A stretch of DNA of 64,000 nucleotides from Gammaproteobacteria bacterium (GTDB lineage: Bacteria; Pseudomonadota; Gammaproteobacteria; GCA-001735895): assembly GCA_014382695.1 (NCBI GenBank), contig JACNJF010000194.1, positions 861-64,860 of the forward strand, given 5' to 3'. The notes beneath the pieces were generated by a model that saw nothing but the letters and a program-made list of their open reading frames with translations, was not told where the DNA came from and did no database searches. Of this stretch, positions 56,786-64,000 are shown one piece after another. The position numbers and the translations under genes are program-made. Within the stretch, counting starts at the first letter, position 1, and each line of letters begins with the position of its first letter.

Positions 56786-58369
56786 CTAGTTTTTAATCAG
56801 CTTCAGAACATCACTGTTTGAGATTAAGGCTATTGGCTGAAAGTTGATGTAACGCGGCATCTTGTTGAGCGTTTCGGTAACCTGAGCCTGGTCATCGAAC
56901 TGACCGCCGTAGATCAGGTTGTATTGATCTTTATCATCGATGAAGTAAGCCAGCTCCTGGGTAAAGTAGTGATTGTAACGTTGCGCTATTTCAAACAGTT
57001 CCTGCTTTTTGGCAACCGTGGCAACCTTGATGGAATACTTGTCAGGATTCAGTTTGACCAGCCATTGTGACCCATGAATGGTATTCTTCGAGCCAAAGTT
57101 ATACAGTGGTGCGAGATATTGAACGCGCCCATCCAGGCTTTCGACTTCATCGTTCATTGCTTTCATATCCTGCTGGATCAGCTGGGTTTTTTCCTGCAAA
57201 TCCTGTTGAACCTGATTCAGGTTTTTCTGTAACTCGATGATTTCAGAGTAAAATACCTGCGATGCCATCTGCTCATCCTGCACTCGACTCTCCAGCTGTG
57301 TGACCTGTTCGTTGATGACTTCATTATGCTGAACGGTAACCGCCTGTTGCGTATCACGTTGATATTCTGCGTAAAAAAAGATGGCGATCACGGCCAGCAA
57401 TAACAGTAAACTCGATGCCGCCAGTGCTTTGAAATGCTTTCTCTCCAGACTTGCCAGTGCCAGCAGGGTACGCGTCAGGGAACCGGTTTTGTCACTCAGG
57501 GTATCGATCTGTCCCTGTTGTTCGATATTCTGTTGCTGCAGACGCGCGGTATGTAATTCGAGTGCCTCCACATCTCCAGACAGCTTGCTGGTCAGTATAT
57601 CCAGGGTGTCGGTGGAGTCTTTCAGTGTTTCACTGTCTTCGATCAGTTTGGCAGAAACCGCTTCCAGAGAAGCGGCACGCTTTTCCAGTGCTGCATCGAC
57701 GCTTTGCATCAGCAGCATTTTTGCTTTCTGGCTATCAATCGCTTTATCAGCGGACTTTATCTTGCTGTCCAGCGTATCATCACGCTGTTGAGTCGACTGA
57801 GCGAGTTGCTCTAGTTCAGCGATAATTTTTACTTCCAGTGTAGTAATCGCCTTGCTGTTATCTTTGATGCTTTTGTTCAATTTGGTGCTGATTGTCGATA
57901 CTTTTTTGGATAAAGTTTCGGCACGCGCAATCAGATCCACATGCTGCTGTCTAAATTCGACATTGACTTCAGTCTGGCTTTGAATAGCTTCATTCAGCGC
58001 CTTGCTGGATGATTTTTCGAATGATTTGATCGCGCTGTTGACCGCTTTCAAATCGCTGCTCATCTTATTTGACTGCAGGTTTAATTCCTTAAAGGATGTT
58101 TCGATGATTCCTAGCTGCTTATAAGTGTCAGCTACTTTTTCAGACAGTCCTGCTTCCGATGTTGACAGGCGTTCGACATCGGTATTGATCTGTTTGTTGC
58201 TGCTATTGATTTTTTTATTCAGTTTGGCAATGGTAGCTTCCAGAGCCGACATCTGTTTATTAATTTCCATCACCTGTTTTTCCTTGCCGTTTTCCTGCAA
58301 TGGAACCAGATTACCTTTTGCCACAGGGGCATCGCTGACTTTATCCAGCTTTTTATTTTCTTGAGCCAT
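56786..58369 (-). CDS. long coiled-coil membrane protein with a SPOR-like C-terminal domain
   Basis: About 300 aa of heptad-rich sequence, one TM ('LLLLLAVIAIFFYA'), more coiled coil, then 'YSIKVATVAKKQELFEIAQRY...YNLIYGGQFDDQAQVTETL', resembling a SPOR peptidoglycan-binding domain. Confidence 0.55.
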   Translation of the reverse strand: MAQENKKLDKVSDAPVAKGNLVPLQENGKEKQVMEINKQMSALEATIAKLNKKINSSNKQINTDVERLSTSEAGLSEKVADTYKQLGIIETSFKELNLQSNKMSSDLKAVNSAIKSFEKSSSKALNEAIQSQTEVNVEFRQQHVDLIARAETLSKKVSTISTKLNKSIKDNSKAITTLEVKIIAELEQLAQSTQQRDDTLDSKIKSADKAIDSQKAKMLLMQSVDAALEKRAASLEAVSAKLIEDSETLKDSTDTLDILTSKLSGDVEALELHTARLQQQNIEQQGQIDTLSDKTGSLTRTLLALASLERKHFKALAASSLLLLLAVIAIFFYAEYQRDTQQAVTVQHNEVINEQVTQLESRVQDEQMASQVFYSEIIELQKNLNQVQQDLQEKTQLIQQDMKAMNDEVESLDGRVQYLAPLYNFGSKNTIHGSQWLVKLNPDKYSIKVATVAKKQELFEIAQRYNHYFTQELAYFIDDKDQYNLIYGGQFDDQAQVTETLNKMPRYINFQPIALISNSDVLKLIKN

Positions 58370-58508
58370 GGTTATTAACCCGTTAGTTAAATTGAATTCG
58401 ATAATTAGAATATTAGCATAATCTAATATATAATTAAAGGTGAATCACTACAGCCAGCAAGCGTTGTAGGCTACAATCGCGGATCAAATTATTCTGGATC
58501 ATTAAATT

Positions 58509-58922
58509 ATGCACTTTAGTTTTTCAAGTTTTGGAATGCGTTTTCTTTTTTCAACCATCCTCGTTTTTGCGACCTTCAATCCAGAGGGTTACTCCTATTT
58601 CCACTGGGTAAAATCCGTCTTTCCTTCGGTGACCATTGAGCAGGCTTTTGTGGGTGTTTTACTGATTATTGGCTGGGTTATCTACCTGCGCGCCACGTTC
58701 AGATCACTCGGCGTGATTGGATTGATGCTGGCCTTCGCCTTCTTTGGTCTGCTGCTGTTCATGTTGATCAAGTGGGGCTGGTTGTCACTGGATGCCACCA
58801 GAATGGTAAGCTATGTCATCGAGATTCTGATAGCGGTGGTTCTGGCGGTTGGTATGTCCTGGTCGCATATAAGACGCCGCCTGTCCGGTCAAATGGATAT
58901 GGATGATGTCGATCAGGATTAA
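58509..58922 (+). CDS. hypothetical small membrane protein (4 TM)
   Basis: 137 aa with four hydrophobic helices and an acidic tail 'MDMDDVDQD'. Confidence 0.6.
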   Translation: MHFSFSSFGMRFLFSTILVFATFNPEGYSYFHWVKSVFPSVTIEQAFVGVLLIIGWVIYLRATFRSLGVIGLMLAFAFFGLLLFMLIKWGWLSLDATRMVSYVIEILIAVVLAVGMSWSHIRRRLSGQMDMDDVDQD

Positions 58923-58994
58923 ACCGGTTTTCCTTGCTAGTTCTATAAGTTACTTTTAAAATATAATATAACATAATGAAATTAAAGGTAATTT

Positions 58995-60968
58995 GTGTTT
59001 TGTAAAAAATGGAAGTTAACGACTAAACTGTACCCAAATCTACCGTTAACGGCTCCACTTTTAGCGTTGCTGATTTTTTTGTTATCGGCACCGGTTTTAG
59101 CCTCTATTTCGCCTGTTGAAAAGCAACGGCTTCTTTTTCAGCAGGCGGAAAATGCGCTGTCCGAAAATGATCTGAAACAGTTTGATGATTTGCTTGCAAA
59201 GTTGCATGACTATCCAGTGGTGGCCTACCTGGAATACGATGCCTTAAGTCTCCAGCTTAGCCACACAAACGCTGACGACGTGAAGCTTTTTCTTAACAAA
59301 CATGACGATTATCCTTTTCGCTACGCCTTACTCAGCAAATGGCTGGATTTACTGGCGTCGCGTAAAGACTGGGCTGGTTATCTGGATTTTTATGACGGCC
59401 GAAGTGCGACACGCTACAAATGTCTGGCCTTAACCGCCAGACTGGAGGTCGGTCAGATCGCTGATATCAATCAGGATATCGAAAAGCTGTGGTTGACCGG
59501 ATATTCACAGCCTGACGAGTGTGATATTCCATTCCAGCATTTTCTGCAAACCGGCGATGATGTATACGCTAGCGTGTGGACCCGAATCGAAAAAGCGTTT
59601 GAGGCGAGGCGACCTACGCTATCAACGTATCTGGCCAGAAATCTTTCGGCTGATGACCGTAAGCTGGTCGATGAATGGTATCAGGCACATCGGCATCCGC
59701 AACAGCGCCTGAGTGTACTGGCTGATTTCCCGGATACATTGATCAATCGAAAGATTATTGTGCATGCTATTCAGCGTTTGGCCCGTAAAAACAGCCTGCA
59801 AGCCAAACAGTACTGGGATCAGACTCGTGATTCTTTCCAGTTTTCAGCGCAGCAGGTCGCGCAAATCAATAAGCGCATCGCGCTTTCAGCCGCTTATCAG
59901 CATAAGGCTGAGTCAAAAGAGTTACTGGAGCAACTTCCCGTTGAACAAAAATCAGACAATGCGCATCTGTGGTTAGCCCGGATTTATTTGCGGGATGAAG
60001 ACTGGATCGGACTGATTAAAACGATCGAAGTCATGCCTGAGCACCTGCAGAAAGAGTCCGAGTGGGTTTACTGGCAGGCACGTGCGTATGACAAGGTTGG
60101 ACATCATGTGAAAGCGACCGAAACCTACCGCGGCCTGGCACAGAAAGGCAGCTACTACGGATTTCTGGCGGCTGATCGGATTGCGGTTAGCTATCAGATC
60201 AATCAGCAGCAGGCGGCAGATGAGGCTTCCTTTGATGAAAACTTGCTGCTGGCAAAAAGTGATCATCTGCTGCGCGCACGTGAGTTATTTTTCCTGAATC
60301 GATTACTCGATGCCCGGCGTGAGTGGTTTCAGGGAATCCGTAAGCTCAGTCAGCTGGAAATTCGTCAGGCGGCGAGTATGGCATCTAACTGGAAGTGGCA
60401 TGATAACGCGATCAAGACCGTTGCGAAAACCAGTCATCGAACTGATTACGACCTGCGCTTCCCCATGCCTTACCGCCAACTGATGGTCGAAAACGTGGAG
60501 CAAAATGGGCTGGATTTGTCCGTCATCTATGGCGTAATGCGCAGGGAAAGTCTGTTCGATCCGCTGGCAAAATCCAAAGTGGGCGCGCTTGGCCTTATGC
60601 AGCTGATGCCTTCTACGGCGCGCCATGTGGCCAAATCACTAGGCCTTAAAAAACCGGTTCAGTCTGATATTCTGAATATCGACAATAATATCCGCCTCGG
60701 CACCAGTTATTTTAAATCGGTACTGAAACGTTTCGATGATAATGTTTCTCTGGCGACAGCAGCCTATAATGCCGGCCCTGGAAACGTAAAAAAATGGTTG
60801 CCCGAAAAAGAGTCATTACCGGCCGATTTATGGGTTGAAACAGTGCCTTTTAAAGAGACCAGAAATTATATTCAGGCCGTGTTAGCGTATGCAACAATTT
60901 TTGATAAGCATCTGGGTAAAGAGGTCAATATCTCTAGCAGAATGGCGGATGTAAAGCCTGAGTATTGA
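58995..60968 (+). CDS. slt: soluble lytic murein transglycosylase (Slt70-like)
   Basis: Signal peptide, a long superhelical N-terminal region, and a catalytic domain 'MRRESLFDPLAKSKVGALGLMQLMPSTA', 'AAYNAGPGNV'. The start codon is uncertain (GTG 58995). Confidence 0.9.
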   Translation: MFCKKWKLTTKLYPNLPLTAPLLALLIFLLSAPVLASISPVEKQRLLFQQAENALSENDLKQFDDLLAKLHDYPVVAYLEYDALSLQLSHTNADDVKLFLNKHDDYPFRYALLSKWLDLLASRKDWAGYLDFYDGRSATRYKCLALTARLEVGQIADINQDIEKLWLTGYSQPDECDIPFQHFLQTGDDVYASVWTRIEKAFEARRPTLSTYLARNLSADDRKLVDEWYQAHRHPQQRLSVLADFPDTLINRKIIVHAIQRLARKNSLQAKQYWDQTRDSFQFSAQQVAQINKRIALSAAYQHKAESKELLEQLPVEQKSDNAHLWLARIYLRDEDWIGLIKTIEVMPEHLQKESEWVYWQARAYDKVGHHVKATETYRGLAQKGSYYGFLAADRIAVSYQINQQQAADEASFDENLLLAKSDHLLRARELFFLNRLLDARREWFQGIRKLSQLEIRQAASMASNWKWHDNAIKTVAKTSHRTDYDLRFPMPYRQLMVENVEQNGLDLSVIYGVMRRESLFDPLAKSKVGALGLMQLMPSTARHVAKSLGLKKPVQSDILNIDNNIRLGTSYFKSVLKRFDDNVSLATAAYNAGPGNVKKWLPEKESLPADLWVETVPFKETRNYIQAVLAYATIFDKHLGKEVNISSRMADVKPEY

Positions 60969-61039
60969 GCTGAAAATGGTTTTACACAAAAACGAATTTA
61001 GCGGTTAACTGCATCCATACTTTTAATGAGGGGCTGAAC

Positions 61040-61933
61040 ATGAAAAAGGGAATTGGCATACTATCCATTATCATACTTTTAACGCTACTATCCGCCTGTG
61101 CGGTACATCAGACCCGCACCAAAAGTAGTGTTGTTGATTACCTTTATCCCAAAACAGATACCATCGTGCAGCCATCTGTTCCAGTATTAAAGATTCCGGT
61201 TAGTGTCGGTATTGCGTTTGTTCCTGAGCAGGGTGTGCGAACAAATCAACCTGGACTATGGCCAGGACTGGGAAATTCAGGGATAACGGAATCGCAAAAA
61301 AATGAACTACTTGAAAAGGTCGCTGAAAATTTCCGTAAATATGAATTTGTCGGGAGTATCGAGGTCATTCCATCCGCCTATCTGACCGCTGAAGGCAGTT
61401 TCTCCAATCTGGAACAGATTAAAACGATGTACAACATCGATGTGATTGCGCTGGTTTCTTATGATCAGGTTCAGTTTACCGATGAAGGTCTGCTTTCCCT
61501 GACTTACTGGACGGTGGTAGGTGCTTATGTTGTAAATGGCGAAAAAAATGATACCAGCACTATGTTAGACACCGTCGTGATGGATATTAACAGTCGTAAA
61601 ATGCTGTTTAGAGCTCCGGGAACCAGTGATATAAAAGGCTCTTCCACGCTGATAAACTTATCTGAAAAACTAAGGATTGACCGCTTAAGTGGCTTCGCCG
61701 AAGCGACGGATAAGATGATCGTCAATCTGGATGAACAACTGGCGAGCTTTAAAGAAAAAATTAAAGCTAAACCCGAACAGGTGAAAATTACCTACAGTCC
61801 CGGTTACTCGGGATCTGGCGGTGGCGGCGGTGGAATTCTTAGTATGACCGATATCAGCGCTTTACTGTTATTGCTGTTGCTATCTTCCCACAGGAAAATG
61901 AATTTCAGCCGTAATCTGTCCAGGCTCGGATAA
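61040..61933 (+). CDS. lipoprotein with a GlyGly-CTERM sorting signal (rhombotarget-lipoprotein-like)
   Basis: N-terminal lipobox 'LLSAC'. The C-terminus 'SGSGGGGGGILSMTDISALLLLLLLSSHRK' has a Gly-Gly run, a TM helix and basic residues, which is the GlyGly-CTERM architecture. Confidence 0.6.
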   Translation: MKKGIGILSIIILLTLLSACAVHQTRTKSSVVDYLYPKTDTIVQPSVPVLKIPVSVGIAFVPEQGVRTNQPGLWPGLGNSGITESQKNELLEKVAENFRKYEFVGSIEVIPSAYLTAEGSFSNLEQIKTMYNIDVIALVSYDQVQFTDEGLLSLTYWTVVGAYVVNGEKNDTSTMLDTVVMDINSRKMLFRAPGTSDIKGSSTLINLSEKLRIDRLSGFAEATDKMIVNLDEQLASFKEKIKAKPEQVKITYSPGYSGSGGGGGGILSMTDISALLLLLLLSSHRKMNFSRNLSRLG

Positions 61934-62272
61934 ATGAACAGGGAGAATCTGCTGTTATATAACTCGTTCGCTTTTATGGTGGCCCTGAGCAATTTCAGGG
62001 CTATTGCTTTAACTGTAGTTCTACTCTTCCCGTTGATGGGGTCAGGATTAGCGCTTATTGCGCAGTTTCCGCTACAGATATTTCTTTTTATTCTGTTATC
62101 GCAAATAAGCCTGCTGACTTATTTGCTGATCACAGCAAATAGCAACAAACCTCATACCGTCAATCCAGAAATCCGATCTACCATTGGTAAGGGCTTTGGT
62201 TCTGCCTTTTTAGGTTCTGGCATGGCATCTACATTCACTTCACAAAATAAGGTAATTCATCATGGAAAATAA
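61934..62272 (+). CDS. hypothetical small membrane protein
   Basis: 112 aa with about 3 TM helices. Its ATG abuts the previous stop, and its 3' end overlaps cysC by 11 nt. Confidence 0.5.
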   Translation: MNRENLLLYNSFAFMVALSNFRAIALTVVLLFPLMGSGLALIAQFPLQIFLFILLSQISLLTYLLITANSNKPHTVNPEIRSTIGKGFGSAFLGSGMASTFTSQNKVIHHGK

Positions 62273-62858
62273 AAGTACTAATGTTGTCTGGCATAACGCT
62301 ACCGTGACACGTACACGTCGTGAACAGAAAAATAACCACAAGGGAGCCTTATTCTGGTTCACCGGATTTTCCGGTTCTGGAAAATCAACTCTGGCGCATG
62401 CGGTGGAAGAACGTCTATATCTGAATGGTTATAATACTTACGTACTGGATGGAGACAATGTCAGGCATGGTTTATGTGCGGATCTGGCTTTTTCGGATAA
62501 CGACAGGAAAGAAAATATCCGCCGTATTAGCCATATGAGTAATCTGTTTGTGCAGGCAGGGGTGATCGTGCTCACTGCTTTCATTTCGCCTTTTAGAGTT
62601 GATCGTGACAATGCCCGAAAAATAGCGGGTAAAGACTTCCATGAAATTTTCTGTAATTGCAGCCTCGATGTATGTGAGACCAGAGATGTAAAAGGCCTCT
62701 ATAAAAAAGCCAGAGCCGGACAGATCCCCTTTTTTACCGGCATAGATTCACCTTACGAAGCACCGGAACATGCGGAACTGGTGACTAACACCGACGCCAA
62801 TCTTGAGCAGTCTATCGATCAGGTTTATGACTACATCATGTCGAACGTGAAAGTATGA
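62262..62858 (+). CDS. cysC: adenylyl-sulfate (APS) kinase
   Basis: '[11 protein letters not shown]', P-loop '[13 protein letters not shown]', '[10 protein letters not shown]', 'FISPF', 'FTGIDSPYE'. Confidence 0.95.
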   Translation: MENKSTNVVWHNATVTRTRREQKNNHKGALFWFTGFSGSGKSTLAHAVEERLYLNGYNTYVLDGDNVRHGLCADLAFSDNDRKENIRRISHMSNLFVQAGVIVLTAFISPFRVDRDNARKIAGKDFHEIFCNCSLDVCETRDVKGLYKKARAGQIPFFTGIDSPYEAPEHAELVTNTDANLEQSIDQVYDYIMSNVKV

Positions 62859-62887
62859 GCTGTTAATTTTACGGTTTCTTTATTCTC

Positions 62888-64000
62888 ATGGGATCTCCTG
62901 CCTGGGGGCGCACTGAAAAGCCTCATTCAAATCGCAAAGACTGGGATAACATCAAACAGATGTTCCCGTTCATCTGGACCTATCGTGGGCGTGTATTATT
63001 GGCGCTGGCCAGTCTTATTATTTCAAAACTGGCGATGGTCGGCGTTCCCATTACGCTTAAATATATTGTTGATTCGCTGGATGGGAGCACCGGTCAGACC
63101 GTCGCTTTACCGATAGCACTCCTATTAGCCTATGGCATTTTACGATTTGTTAATTCAGGCTTTAACGAGTTAAGGGATGTTATTTTTGCGCGCGTGCGCT
63201 ATCACGCAATGCGTGAATTATCGGTTGCTGCCTTACAGCATCTGCATGATCTCTCCTTGCGCTTTCATCTTGAGCGTAATACCGGTGCTATTTCGCGTGA
63301 TCTGGAACGGGGGGCACAGAGTTTCAGTTCGATTTTAAACTATCTGGTGTTCAGTATTGTGCCAACCATTGCTGAATTCCTGCTGGTTGCGAGTATTCTG
63401 TTCGGTCAATACGATGTGCAGTTTGCTGTCACAGTATTCACTACGGTACTGTTTTATGTGCTATTCACTTTTCTGGTTACCGAATGGCGTATGCACCACC
63501 GGCATGAAATGAACGCTCTCGATTCCAGTGCCAATGGTAAGGCTATGGACAGTCTGATGAATTATGAAACAGTAAAGTACTTCAATAACGAACGGCATGA
63601 AATCGATCGTTATAAAAAAACCATGACAGGCTGGGAGGATGCGGCCGTTAAAAGCCAGACTACTATGTCAACCCTGAATTTTGGACAGGGTGCGATTATT
63701 GCGGTCGGTGTGACCATCGTTATGTTGTATGCGGCTCATGGTGTGGAGCAGGGGCAATTGTCGATCGGTGATCTAGTACTGATTAATACGATGATGCTAC
63801 AACTGTTCTTACCACTGGGTTTTCTTGGTATCGTTTATCGTTCATTAAAGTATGCTATGGCCGATATGGATATGGTGGTGAAGCTATTGAAAAAGCCTCT
63901 CGAAATTACCGATAGTCCGGCGGCTACTGAGCTTATTATCGATTCTGCCACCGTAGAGTTTGATCATGCCTGCTTTTCCTATAATGACGATCGTCAAATA
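62888..64000 (+). CDS. Atm1/HMT1-type ABC exporter (TMD-NBD half transporter); the 3' end lies beyond the window
   Basis: Hand translation from ATG 62888 stays open to the window edge. 'LRFHLERNTGAISRDLERG', 'TEWRMHHRHEMNALDSSANGKAMDSLMNYETVKYFNNE' is the ABCB7/Atm1-type signature region. Confidence 0.9.
   Translation, partial: MGSPAWGRTEKPHSNRKDWDNIKQMFPFIWTYRGRVLLALASLIISKLAMVGVPITLKYIVDSLDGSTGQTVALPIALLLAYGILRFVNSGFNELRDVIFARVRYHAMRELSVAALQHLHDLSLRFHLERNTGAISRDLERGAQSFSSILNYLVFSIVPTIAEFLLVASILFGQYDVQFAVTVFTTVLFYVLFTFLVTEWRMHHRHEMNALDSSANGKAMDSLMNYETVKYFNNERHEIDRYKKTMTGWEDAAVKSQTTMSTLNFGQGAIIAVGVTIVMLYAAHGVEQGQLSIGDLVLINTMMLQLFLPLGFLGIVYRSLKYAMADMDMVVKLLKKPLEITDSPAATELIIDSATVEFDHACFSYNDDRQI

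Noticed and set aside
61806-61835. A run of glycine codons (ggatctggcggtggcggcggtgga) as a possible slipped-strand or phase-variable tandem repeat.
   Set aside because: The run is imperfect, mixing ggc, ggt and gga codons, and it is in frame. It encodes the Gly-Gly part of the C-terminal sorting signal. There is no homopolymeric or exact unit repeat.

Overview
This window looks like densely packed core chromosome of a gammaproteobacterium; G+C is moderate by eye and the species cannot be identified from sequence alone. I support about 60 protein-coding genes on both strands. I found no rRNA or tRNA genes, no CRISPR array, and no integrase, transposase or terminal repeats, so nothing here resembles a mobile island.

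Recognisable housekeeping blocks:
- maeB
- aat, then trxB-ftsK-lolA-rarA
- dsbC
- sdhCDAB followed directly by sdhE, a ygfX-like gene and a DUF1249 gene
- a minimal iscR-iscS-iscU operon with a clear IscR box and a strong terminator
- cysG, an HPP gene and a SulP permease
- fumC
- slt
- cysC followed by an Atm1-type ABC exporter that runs off the 3' edge

The window is also rich in c-di-GMP signalling. It holds a 1446-aa multi-sensor GGDEF-EAL protein and a four-gene cluster that looks like a split phosphorelay.

The least explained content, in my order of interest:
1. A translationally coupled four-gene cassette at 36.6-40.6 kb: a Sel1-repeat protein, a MoxR-type AAA+ ATPase, a fusion of an HExxH metallopeptidase-like domain to a vWA domain, and a 372-aa orphan.
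2. A stand-alone Cas6/Cmx6-like RAMP protein at 0.3-2.0 kb, operonic with a DsrC/TusE homologue that lacks the canonical C-terminal cysteines, with no CRISPR context.
3. A 386-aa orphan followed by a 55-aa acidic ORF at 52.4-53.8 kb.
4. A cluster of a beta-propeller lipoprotein, a small lipoprotein and a lipase-maturation-factor-like protein.

All functional calls rest on motifs read in the supplied translations and on my recollection of the families. No database search was run.
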